From Felis catus (taxonomy: Eukaryota), in the NCBI RefSeq assembly GCF_018350175.1, contig NC_058368.1, forward strand, positions 128,900,001-128,964,000: a stretch of DNA of 64,000 nt. The letters are read 5' to 3'. Below, piece after piece: positions 25,336-37,328 of this stretch. The notes below the pieces were generated by a model. That model did no database searches and was not told where the DNA came from. It saw only the letters and a program-made list of their open reading frames with translations. A program made the position numbers and the translations under genes. How positions within the stretch are numbered: position 1 is the stretch's first letter; each line of letters opens with the position of its first letter.

Positions 25336-25959
25336 AGGAGAGTTCCTTTAAAATGTGAGTTCTCATAGTGCATTTAAATTTGAAAGTATAAAATGACCAT
25401 AGGTGGTTACTTTAGGAAAGTTCTTCCCTCTTTCCTTTCTCTTCTGAGTATTCTATAATGTGGCTATAGTAGACTCACAAGAATAAAACAAGTAAGAGTG
25501 ACAATTTATGGAGTCCAAAACTCTGCTCTAAGCTCTTTACATACATTTTCTCATTTAAGGAGAGAAATTAAGGATGATGTAATTTCAAAGGGTGTTTTAC
25601 AAAACTATTGAGAAAGAGGAGGACATGTTCCACTGATAAAAATGACAGAAAAGCAAAGTAGACTATAAGGGAAAATCTGCTGTATTATTCCCTTCTTTCA
25701 GTTTTCAGTTGTATGTTTACCGGCCGGGCTTCTGCACAGCTTGGTTTTCATTTGGTGCAGAAGGCAGAGAAAAGCCCTTATGAAAGCAGAGTCTGATCAG
25801 AATGGTCATGATCGGGCTTCCCAGGCGATGGGCAGCCAAAGAACAGAGAGCAAAAGGAATAAAAATTTCCAGCAAATGAGTAACTACCACCTCTTGAGGG
25901 TCTCCAGCTATTCTAGACAGCCATTCTAGGCATCTTACATTCATGAATAAGTGTCACAT

Positions 25960-26170
25960 TGGACAACTTTGGGGAAGGCTCCTGTGTTCCAGGCACTATC
26001 CCAGGCATTTTTATGTTTATTAACTAATCTTCCCAATATACCAACAGAGTAGGTCCTATTATTAGCACTCTCATGTTAGAAGCAAGGACAGTGAGGCAGA
26101 GAGAAGCTCGGTGTCTTGGCCAAGATCACTCAACCAGTAACGCATATTGGTCTGGAAACCAAACCCTGGA
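25960..26170 (-). mobile_element. MIR SINE
   Basis: TGTGTTCCAGGCACT ... AGTAGGTCCTATTATTA ... AGTGAGGCAGAGAGAAG ... CCAAGATCAC is a reverse MIR core. Confidence 0.7.
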
Positions 26171-27319
26171 GTTACACAACTTAACGTGGGGCTTGTAACA
26201 ATTCTAAGAAGTAGGGACTTTCATTATCCCATTTGACTTTCGGAGAACAGGAGATTTAGAGATGCTATATGGCTTCCTGGAGTTTACCCAAGCAGCCGGG
26301 CCCCTGGGCCCAAGCACTGAATCGTTTCAACACACGGAGTCTCCCTGTTCAGGATGGCGCCTCCAGACTGTCGAGAATGGATATAACAACGACAGAGAGA
26401 GGTTGGTGGCAGAGAATAGAGGTGAACTGACACGTGGGGTTGGGGTGGGAGCACAGAAGAGGCTCTGGGGAGTATGGAAGAAAGAGAAAGGGGACGGCCT
26501 CTGTGCTTTACAGAACAGCGAGCTAATGCAGCTTTCCAGGACACAAGAAGACGAAGCAAATCAGAAAATACACGAGGCAGAGAGTTTTAACAGAACCATG
26601 GAGACAGAGGAAAGGGGACAATAAAAGTGCAAGGAAAGAGAAGAAGTGAACAAACTGTAAAGAAGGCTGTGGTATAAGTGCCTGGGAAAGTCTGGAGCCA
26701 CCAGCTCCTGGAAGGCCAGCGTTGGGTGGGCAAGGTGACAGCTCACTGCTCATGCAAGGCCTCCTGGGGCTCTGTGCAGATGGCCACGGGCAGCCCCCTC
26801 TCTGTGGGGGTGACGCACACGTGAGGATTGTAAGACGAGGCCCTTGGGGCTCTGTTCACAATAAAAACATTGTACAGGCCTTCTACACATGACTCAGTGT
26901 GTATTGTGTGTCTGACTGAAAGAAAGATCGGCTTTACCTGCAAGTGCGAACGTGTAGGCTGAGTTGAAACGAGTGCACAATTACATAAGAAACAAAAATA
27001 CCTGGGGAGCGAGCAGTCTACTGCCTTCCAGGGGACATGCAGAATCCCTAGAGGAAGAGTGCCAGGCCACTCCTTTGCCAACTGCGAGAATAGCTGTGGT
27101 TGGACAGGGTGTTTTGTTTTGTTTTGTTTTTACCCCGGCGCTTGGCACAGAATCCTGAACACCGAGTGGGGCCCCTGAACCCTGCCTGACACCAAACCTT
27201 GCGTTAGCTAACGTCATTCCTGTGTTACTTTGTTTGAGAAGGACTGGAAAACAGCAAAAGGGAAAGGGAAAGAGTCATTCAAATTTGTCTTATGTGAGGA
27301 CTTTATATGCTAAGCCTGA

Positions 27320-27610
27320 GAGAAACAATGTAATGTTTGAAAGTAGGGGGTCTGGGGAGAGACATAGGTTCAAGCCTTGGCTCCATCATGTCTTAGCTGT
27401 GGCACCCTTGGCAAGTGACTCCATCTTGCTGGATCTTCATTTTTCATCTATAAAATGGGTGGAATGGTAGGACCCACCTCAGAGAAGCTGGTAGGTGTAA
27501 TGGTAGGACCCATCTCAGTGTGAGAACTGTATGAGATCATGCAGGCAGATAGCTTCACTTAGAACCAGGCACCCAGCACCCAGCAAGTGTTCACCAGTGT
27601 TACCATCTGT
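27320..27610 (+). mobile_element. MIR SINE
   Basis: GGTTCAAGCCTTGGCTCCATCA..TAGCTGTGGCACCCTTGGCAAGTGACT..TCATCTATAAAATGGG. Confidence 0.8.
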
Positions 27611-27782
27611 AAATTGAAAGAGATAACCTCCCCAGGTCCCTCAAGGGACACTAAGGCTGCAGCCAAAGGTTAGCAAAATGAGGGCTTTTTGAAAAGTACT
27701 GAATAATATCTATTCTCTCCTTGGCAGTGTGATGAAGTAAAAACAATTATCGACATTGAATTCATTAAAAGATTTAGATTCT

Positions 27783-27997
27783 GGGATCGCCTGGGTGGCT
27801 CAGTTGGTTAAGTGTCCGACTTCGGCTCAGGTCATGATCTCACGGTTTGTGGGTTCAAGCCCTGTGTCGGCCTCTGTACTGACAGCTTGGAGCCTGGAGC
27901 CTATTTGGATTGTGTGTCTCCCCCTTTCTCTCTGCCCCTCCTCTGTTTGTGTTCTGTCTCTGTCTCTCGCTCAAAAATAAATAAGCATTAAAAAAAA
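27783..27997 (+). mobile_element. Can-SINE
   Basis: TSD AAAAGA(T/C)TTAGATTCT at 27767-27782 and 27998-28013. Confidence 0.95.
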
Positions 27998-28211
27998 AAA
28001 AGACTTAGATTCTGGTCTCTGGACCTTCATCTCTCATCACTCAGTGGGGGCATTAACTAAGTTCCCTTTAACATCCCTTTCAGCTCTGATAGCCAGTGCC
28101 CAGTCATCCCCCTGACTGACTGCAGCAGGAGAGCAGAGAACCTCACTCTGGTGGGCTTGTGACTGTAGCTCCCATCCCCTCTGGCCTGCCAGGGCCCCAG
28201 GTGATGGATTC

Positions 28212-28227
28212 AGAGAGGCAGAGAGAC

Positions 28228-28267
<40 letters not shown>

Positions 28268-28313
28268 GGAGGAAGGAAGGAAGGAAGGAAGGAAGGAAGG
28301 AAGGAAGGAAGGA
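28212..28313. repeat. Polypurine (GA)n/(GGAA)n microsatellite
   Basis: Directly visible; roughly ten GGAA units follow a GA run. Confidence 0.95.
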
Positions 28314-28585
28314 ACAAAGAAACATATCCCTAGGAAGATGTCCCAGATATTTTAAGTGAAAAAAAGGCAAATTGAAGAACTAGAAATAATTCTGTTGAAT
28401 AAATATTCAAGAATAATTTAAAAAATATAGATGTGTGTATGCAAGGATTATCTCTTGGGCAGGATTAAGAGAAATTTTACTTTACATTTTACACAGTTCT
28501 GTATTGTTTGAAACGTATACTATGAGCATGTTTTATTTGATAATCAAAATAATAATACTAAAGATGTGAACAAAACTAAAATGTG

Positions 28586-28783
28586 TTTTTTGAAATTTAT
28601 TTTAGAGAGAGAGAGAGAGTGAGCAGGGGAAGGGCAGAGAGAGAGAGGAAGAGAGACAATCTTAAGCAGGCTCCATGCCTAGGGTGGAGCCCGACACAAG
28701 GCTCCATCCCGAGACCCTGGGATCATGATCTGAGCCAAAAGAAAGAATCAGAATCTCAACCAACTGAGCCACCCAGGCACCCC
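28586..28783 (-). mobile_element. Can-SINE (older subtype) within old L1 remnants
   Basis: AG tract and reverse head ...GAGCCACCCAGGCACCCC. Confidence 0.92.
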
Positions 28784-31700
28784 TAAGACATGCTTACTGT
28801 AGACAGTTTGGAGGGGAAAAGAAGAAAAATCACTTACAACCCTCCCCCAACATAGAAATATTGCTACTGACATTTTAATTTACAACCTTTCAGTCTTTTT
28901 TCTATATGTTTATAGCATAGAAATATATATACGTATTTACAAAATGGAATCACATTTGTCCATGCTGTCTTATAATTAGCTCCGTTTAACAATATATTGT
29001 TTGTATGTTTCCATGTCATTAAAGTTTCTTCTACACTCTACAGCACGATTTTAATGACTGCTTCTTTTTCCATATTGTATGTGGCCAACTTTGCATTGCT
29101 GCACATTTTGGCTGTTCTCCGTTTTCCCCCATTGTAAGTATTGACAGGCTTTTGGAGAATAATGAAACGCTGAAATGCTTGGCTTTGTTTCTCTCTTTGG
29201 GTAGAGCTGGCTGCTCTCTTTTCTTCTTCCTCTTTGTATCCTTTAGCTTTTGGGTGGAGGCCCAGAGAGCTCCACAAGGGGTGGTGTGTGTTTAAGAAAC
29301 TCAGCTAAAGAAACAAACGGATCGCAGAGAGCTCTGAACCTACAGTGTTGGGAAAATGCTGAGCGCTGTAATTGGCCTAATGTTGCTCCCGTGAGAGATG
29401 CCATCTGCCTAGGCCTCCAAAGTCCTGGCCAGGATTTTAACTTTTCTCATCCAGCTGATGACAGACAAATATTCCTCACTTCAACAGTTATGCGCAACCC
29501 CCAAAATGTTTCCTCAAGTCTGTCAAACACTCATGGGAAGAGACTACCAGCTCATCCTTGAAGACGGAGAAGCAGGCAAGGTCACGTCAGCAAATCAGGA
29601 CCGTGGGCTTTAAGTTTCGTTGAAAAGATAGCCTCTTGGACAGCTCTGTTCCCTGCTCCCTGAGCCAGGCTGTTGGTCCAGTGGTGACTCAGGAAGGAAT
29701 GCCACTGACGAGCCACGGGCATGCCAGGGAATTATTCGGCACATGCCAACAAGTAACCTCATACGATAATCAAACGCCAGCCAATCTGCGAACACTTTGC
29801 GTAACAGCATATTTGGATTTGGGGCTTAGCTTTCAAAGCTTGAGTTTCACGTTTGCCCGAGCACATTCCCAGCCTCCTGGGGCCTCTCCTGTGTGCCCTG
29901 CCTCTGCTTGCAAGTGCAGAGAGCAGTTCTTCCAAGAGCCAGAGCTTGGCTCTCCCCTCGAGGTAAAGCAGAACTCTGCCAGGGATCAGCGGGCACTCAT
30001 CAGTCTACAGTTCTCAGTTTGGCCAGCACTGCTTCTCCATATGCCCTGTTTCTTACCAAAAGGCCAGCAACGTGGGTGATGGATGCCTCCTTTTGCTGTG
30101 GAGACGCTGAAAAGTCATTCCTAGTATTGTCAAGGTCTTCGATGCACCTTATCCACAAGAGAGATTTGTTGACTGACAGCTGCTTGTATAACAATGTCCT
30201 ATCAGGTCTGGCTGTAGGAATCGGCAAAGTATTACCGCATCAACAGGTATCTGGGCTATCCAAGAGCCTCAGAAAGGGCAAAGAGGCTTGCAAATTTTAA
30301 GACTCCTTACTCCTGGCTCTGGTCCTTCTCCTGCAGATACCCTGAGAGCCAAATGTTTGAAGGATTTAATTTTGGATCCACAAAAAGGTGATACACTTTC
30401 AGGCACAGATTTGCTACAGAATGGCAGCCATGCCCTGAGGGGTCCTGGTGAGCTGGGTAAATGACCCGGCTGTGCACCGCCGCCCCCTCTCCCCCGCCCG
30501 TCTCACCAGTAGCATAGGTCAAGGTTTCCTTAAGGCCTTGGGTGTTTGTATACTCAAGATGATACTGAACATGAAATATTCAAATAGCAATACCTTGGGT
30601 GAGAGACAAAGTCTAGTCAATGATCTTATTCATAATTCTTCCAGTGAAGAAGTTGTCACCATGAAGTAGGGCTTTCAAAGTGCTCCTGCCCTTGCCACAG
30701 TGATCTCAGAGAGAACTCTGACCTCCCCAGGAGAATGTTGTCGTGAGCACAGAGTGCCCAGGTTAGAGACACCAAGAGCTGCAGTGTCAGTCAGCTACAT
30801 CAGTGACACAAAGCCTTCCCCAGGAATAAGTTGATAAAGACTTAGTACCTGAACATAGTACTTCCAAAAAGAAATAAATCAGTAATTAGAGATCCTGAAG
30901 ACAGAAGCAGACATTCCAACGCAGACCTAATCATAAGACCTCATGGGATGTTCAAAAGTTCTCCAGAGTAGGTATGAACAGATTTCCTTCGCCCCATCAG
31001 TTAGCCTGGGTAGAAGCCTTACTGTGTCTTCCTAATTTTAAGCACGGATGACAGAAAGCAGGGGATGCCCAGCTGAAGGAGGTGTCAGTACTTTTTGTAG
31101 CATGGCGTTTACGTGCCAGCCAAGGTCATTAGGAATGTGAAATTCCTTTCAAAGTGGAAAAATATACTTGTTCTCTTCTACAAGTGAAAGAGTAAATTCA
31201 CAGTTAATTATCAATGCTTTATTAGTAGTTACAGGCCCCACAAATCTCACCAAGTTGAACCTCCACTACGTATATACAAGAACATAAAAAGTGGCCTTCA
31301 GTGATAATAACAGGAGGAAAGAATAAATCTGGGAAATTCTCTGCATAGGTCATCCTAGAAATTTATCAATCCAAAGTCCTTAGATTATAAAGACAATTTT
31401 TGAAGGTTTAAGAGGTGCACTTCAAAGAGCTACTTCTTTAATATGAGCTATGTGAAGATCATTAAAAAGTTTTAAAGTCACAGGACACATAAGAACGCCT
31501 CAAGTTCACAAGGAAGATTGGAGAGCTTAGAGTGTAAGCCCAGGCATTTGGCCCAGATGTTTGCTGCTGATTTCTGAAGCTGGTGGGTAAGGATCTATTC
31601 TCAGGAAGGACCCAGCAGAACCTCTGCACAGTGCCATCGTGCAGGCAAACTCAGTGGGCTCTACTCCTAAAAATGGGACCACTCAGCTTGGCCGCAGCTG

Positions 31701-32311
31701 GCTGAAGCACTGGCTTTCCTTGTGGGCAAGTTTCTTTCTGGAGCTTCTTGTCTGACGGAGGTAGGGTCTTGGGCACCCATGTCATCTCCCAGTCATGTTG
31801 CCCACGAGCAGCACTGTGAGGATGTCCTCGAACCGATCCAATTCCCAATCCCATCCCTTCTATTTGATGAAACCCTACAAACACTAAGAAAATATATGCC
31901 ATCCCACCTCTCGCTCTGCTATTTATCTGCTTTTTTCTTTCATACACTCTCTTTCCAATTATTGGGCAATCATGTCCAATTCCAGGAAACCAATGCTTAT
32001 TTTACCCTTCTCATCTGAAGATGAATAAGGAGTCTACCTTCTCTAGTCCAATGCATAAGGTGAACTTTCTCAACTCGTCCTCCTCTAGGCAAAGTTGTTG
32101 CCAGTCTTGTGTGTGTTTGAAGTTTACACACATCTTATGTATGTATATACATACACAGACGTGGCATCCCCTCTCTCAGGAAGGTAGGCTCCATCTGTGT
32201 GGGTCAAGCAATATAAAGACTGCCATGGTTATCATCTCTGTTTCATTGACAGTGTTGGTGGAGGAAGCACCCGAAATGGGCATATTGCAATTTAGAGGAA
32301 CCCCTGGCTAC

Positions 32312-32332
32312 TTTTTTTTTTCTTTCTTTTTT

Positions 32333-32398
<66 letters not shown>

Positions 32399-32434
32399 TT
32401 CCTTCCTTCCTTCCTTCCTTCCTTTTTTTTTTTT
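32312..32434. repeat. (TTTC)n(TTCC)n microsatellite between T-runs
   Basis: Directly visible. Confidence 0.95.
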
Positions 32435-32450
32435 ATCCCTGGCTACTTTT

Positions 32451-32658
32451 TTTTTTAAGTTTATTAATTTATTTTGAGAGAGAGAGAGAGCAAGTACAAG
32501 CAGGGGAGGGGCAGAGAGAGGGAGAGAGAGAATCCCAAGCAGGCTCTGCACTGTCAGCACAGAGCCTAACAAGGGCTCCCATCTCATGAACCATGAGGTC
32601 ATGACCTGAGCTGAGACCAAGAGTTGGACTCTTAACTGACCGAGCCACCAGGCGCCCC
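32451..32658 (-). mobile_element. Can-SINE
   Basis: TSD ATCCCTGGCTACTTTT at 32435-32450 and 32660-32675. Confidence 0.95.
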
Positions 32659-35600
32659 AATCCCTGGCTACTTTTAAAGCTGGATCACCATGTACATATT
32701 CTGTAAGGTCATCAGTGACAGCACATTGGTTGCCATTTCTTGAAAATGCTTCTCTGTAGAAGTGTTCATATGTGCCTGGAACACTGTTTCTGCTTTCTTA
32801 GATGCCTGTTTATTCCCCACACTGAAGATTCCTTAGAATCATTGAAAGTAAGTCTTTTGACATGGGTTAGGGGGAAGTGAATGGGGAAGAGGATGAAGAA
32901 AGGAGCTTAATCATTTAAAAATATCAATAATTCTTACTCTTTCCCTGGGTCTGTCACCTTCTGTCTATGCCTCGGTTTCCTCACGTGCAAAACTGGGATG
33001 GTAATAGGGCCAAGCTCAGAGAGGTGGAGGGTACAATGGGTTACTATTGGTTAAGGGTTTTGAGCACTGTCTGGGGCATAATAAGTGCTCTTTTTGTCCC
33101 CCATACTTATTTATATTCTAATCACTACATAAGGAGTCAGAGGGGCTGGCCTTTGGAAGGAGAATAATTCTTCATGTCAACACCACCATCACACATTATT
33201 GAAGAGATTTTGGTGTGAATGGGGCCATTTGACACCCCAGCTTCCTGTGCCACATTTCCCCTACCTTTCCGAGTAAGCTCTCCTTTCCCTAGGCTCAATG
33301 TCTTTCTTTTATCTACTGTAAACCACAGATAACTTATCAGGTTAGTCTGCCAGGGGAATTCGTATCTTAATAAGACTCAGAACCTTAAGTGAAAAGGTGT
33401 CATTTATTAAAATTTCAGGAGGTGAGGGGGTGGAAGGGTGTTTCTAGAACCCCTCAAATCACCCCCCCCCCAGATGTAGTTGCTTCATTCACGTACCAGT
33501 GACGCTGACCCTGGCAGGAAGTCACTTGTACTTTTCACTAATTGAGGTCCTGCCCTCTTGAATCTTGCAATCTAAAAGAGAGAACTTTGATCCGGGGTGA
33601 TAATAAAACAAGTAAGTAATTAAAGCCCAGGGATGCGGATTGAGTAACTGCTCTGTCCCAGGTATTGGCATGGAGGTGCCGGGCGCACTGAGGTGGAACC
33701 AGACTTGTTTGCCTTTTAGAACCTCACGGTGTATTGGAAGGGACAAAATACATCAGATGGTGATAAGGAAATGTGTGTGAGTAAAAGGAAAAGAGGTGTG
33801 TGTTGACAGAAGACAGCCTGAGGAGTTTAGCAAACAGGAACCTTTCTCAAGAACTTGAAAGCGTTGGAGGTCTTTCGAAAGGGCTAGTTGTACACTGCCT
33901 GGAGGCTAAGGTAGGAACTGGAAAGGGACTTAGGCCAGCCCTTGCTAGCTGGAGGGTTAACTGTATGCTTCAGCACAAGGATCTTGGCTGGAGAGAAATG
34001 GGAGCCAGAGCATCGATGACTCATTCTCATCTACTTGACATCATCTTCAGATTTTCGTTTAACTTTTCCCATCCACGTCAGATGCCCCTAATTCTTGGGT
34101 GGTCTGCCATGCCACTTCCTGCCAAGTCCCAGCAACTTTATTCTGGGTGGAGGTCTGGGGGTACTGGATCTTATTTCAAAAGGAGAGGGGAAATTGAAAC
34201 CAGAAAGGCTTTGTGACAGACTTTAGGAGATTCTTTTTTTTTTTTTTTTTTTTTTTTTTTCCCAGCACAGGTTTCTCCAGGCTGGTATCTCTAGCTTAGA
34301 CTTTCTATTTTATTTATTTGTTTGGTTGGTTGGTTTGGTTTGGTTTGGTTTGGTGAGAGTTAACTATTCAAAATGGAAGTCCTTTTATAATTCAATCTAG
34401 TTATGCAAACATAGCCCATTGATGTTAACAAGTAGAGACCAGATGCAAATAATCCACTGGGGCATAACATGGAATAACTAGCAGGAGCTAAAGCAGGCTG
34501 TCTCCCCACCACCCTATTACCTCATAAGAATTCCTTCCATGTGGAAATGAGCATGAGGAGAATTTTAAAAAATAATAAAAAACAGGACTCTTACGATGTT
34601 TCAAATGGTCTTAAAATGACAGCAGTAGTGGAGATGCTTGAATCACACAAGATTGCCATATAAACAACTGAAGTCACTCCAGAGTTCTGTGGAATTAGGC
34701 ATGCGTCCCTAAGAAAGGTTAGGTGCCTCCATCTCATGAAGGATAAATTGATTCCAATGGGAAAACAGATTCCAAACGGAGGTCACCGAGTCAGTGATTC
34801 ATACCCAGGTGCACACGAGAAGATCTGGTTCTCTGCAATTCAGTGAACAGGGCATCGCTGCCATGATGAAATTTTATGCCGTTCCCTGCAGCACTGGGTG
34901 TTTTAACTGTTCTGGATAGATAGTCAATCAGTTGTTAGGTGAGGCCGAATACAGGGAATCCTAGAATGGCAATGGTGAGGCCATTTTCTGCAGCAAAGAA
35001 AGTTTTAGTTGAGTCAAAGAGCTAGGCAATATAAACAAACTTACAGGGAGTCACCAAACCTCTGAGCTGGCCACCATTTCTGCCTGCTTTTCCCAAAATG
35101 CCATTGCCTTATGAGTGGCTATTTGATCAAGAGGCCTAAGTCTTGACTCATGTAGTGGGTCTGATTTTCTGCTTTCAGAATAATTCTTTATTTTAAAAGG
35201 GTTTTTTGTTGTTGTTTTTGGTATTTGTGTAGGTGTGTGTGGGGAGCGGGGGGGAGGTGCTCCAGGACTGTGAGCTCTGTGAACCTTCCTAAGTGGCTGA
35301 GATTAAGATGAGAAGTTCTTGGGGGCAGAGGGTTGGCATGGGGATGGGGGCAGTGGGGGAGAGAGCATTACTTTGTGAGGAAAGCCAGAGTCCAGAAAAG
35401 CATTTGGGTGAAATCTTCCTGATTTAGCTCTGGGACAGAATTAGACACAACCAGGAAATCCCCAAAAGGTGTCCAGTAAATGTTGGCAGAATGAAGGTTA
35501 ACCAAAACTCTGAAGCTCCTCTTGTGAGATTGTCCAGCTCTTCAATGTTCTCAACAGTTCTTCCTGAAGTCAACCCTAAATCTCTCCTCCAGCATCCTTA

Positions 35601-36564
35601 GCTCATCTCTCTCTCCTGTTCCAAGGAGAAATAAGATGCTGATACTGCTATTCTTAGGCCCCAATTAAATTTGTACATTTTAAAATCTGCCCTCAATCTT
35701 CCATTTTGTGGACTACATAACCCCAATTTTGTAAGCTTTTCTTTCAAAAAGGTAATTTCAAACATTTCCACGTGCCAATCTTCAGAATCACAAATGTTTA
35801 GAAATAACTTACAGGTTATCATATAGACGTAGCCACACTGAAATGAATAATGTACTTAATTCATGAAGGTGCCGCTTCCTGTTGAAATCCCTGCATCCTG
35901 GGCAGTGGGGGGCAGCGCTGCAGGTTTCTGCCTTCTCTCTGGAGCCTGGAAGGAGGTGAAAGCTGATGAGCCAGGCTAATAAGATGCAGCCTCACACTGA
36001 TTAAATGTCCATTTTCTTGGGGGAAATGGCTGACAGGAGCAGGATAAAGCTGTCAGGAAGCTTGTAGCAATTTTCCCAAATCTACCACTACCAGTGAGCT
36101 TTATTTGTGTGCTTAGAGCTATTATTAGCAAAACAATGGCTGGAAAATGTACCAAGGAGAAAATTAAGAAATGACAGGCTTGTTTTTAAAAAGAAAGAGA
36201 AAAGTTTCTCTTGTTAAATTTTGTTAAGTTTTTTTGTTTTGTTTGTTTTCTTTTCAGCAGAAAGTTTCACTTAGCAAAATACATCGTCCAACCATGGCGT
36301 CTGGGTGAGGAAAGTGAACGAGCAAGAGTGAGCTCCGGTTACCTGTGTGGAGGCATTAATTTCAGCGGCTACTGCCCAGGTGGGAGCATGAGCTCAGGGC
36401 TCTCTACAAGGGATGCGAAGGGGGAATTTAACAGTACAATGTAGAGTTTGCCTTAAAATCCTAAAGCCACCTGTAAGCCATGGTGTAGGTGCTGATGGGG
36501 TAGAGAGGGCATGCAGGAGTGCAGTGGTGAACAGAGAGAGCTGCTGTTTTTCCAAAGTAACAGA

Positions 36565-36735
36565 GGTACCTGGGTGGCTCAGTTGGTTAAGTGTCCAACT
36601 CTTGGTTTCTGGTCAGGTCGTGATCTCGAGGTTCTGGGTTTGAGCTTCGTATCAGGATCTGGACTGACAGCTCGGAGCCTGGAGCCTGCTTCAGATTCTG
36701 TGTCTCCCTTTCTCTCTGCCCCTCCCCCACTCGTG

Positions 36736-36788
<53 letters not shown>

Positions 36789-36841
36789 AAAATAAATAAA
36801 CTTTCTCAAATAAATAAATAAACTTAAAAAATAAAAATGCA
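36565..36841 (+). mobile_element. Can-SINE with expanded (CT)n tract
   Basis: Head GGTACCTGGGTGGCTCAG; (CT)n ~36739-36788; outer TSD AGTAACAGA at 36556-36564 and 37082-37090. Confidence 0.93.
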
Positions 36842-37060
36842 GGAGCGCTTGGATGGCTCACTTGGTTAAGCGTTCAACTTCGGCTCAGGTCATGATGTCA
36901 AGGTTCGTGAGTTCCAGCCCCATGTCCGGCTCTGTGCTGACAACTCAGAGCCTGGAGCCTGCTTTGGATTCTGTGTCTCCCTCTCTCTCTGCCCTTCCCC
37001 CATTCATGCTCTGTCTCTGTGTCTCTCAAAAATGAATAAATGTTAAAAAAAATTTTTTTA
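36842..37060 (+). mobile_element. Can-SINE nested in the A-tail of the preceding SINE
   Basis: Head GGAGCGCTTGGATGGCTCAC; flanked by AAAATAAAAAT(G/A)CA on both sides. Confidence 0.92.
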
Positions 37061-37328
37061 ATAAAATAAAAATACAAAAGGAGTAACAGAGAGGTATCTA
37101 GCTAGGGTTGTGCTGTTCAATACCGTAGCCACCAGCTACAGGAGGCTATTGAGAGGGTGCATTGTGGCTGGTCTGACGAGATGGCTGTAAGTGTAAAATA
37201 CACACTAAAGTTCAAAAGAGTTTATACTAAAAAAAGAATGCCAAAAACATCATTAATTGCTCTTAAGATTGACTACATGTTGAAATGATATTTGGGATAG
37301 ATTCAGTTAAACAAAATATATTATTACA

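Noticed and set aside
27463..27518. 20-bp direct repeat AATGGTAGGACCCA(C/T)CTCAG
   Set aside because: Small local duplication inside a MIR with no sign of function.
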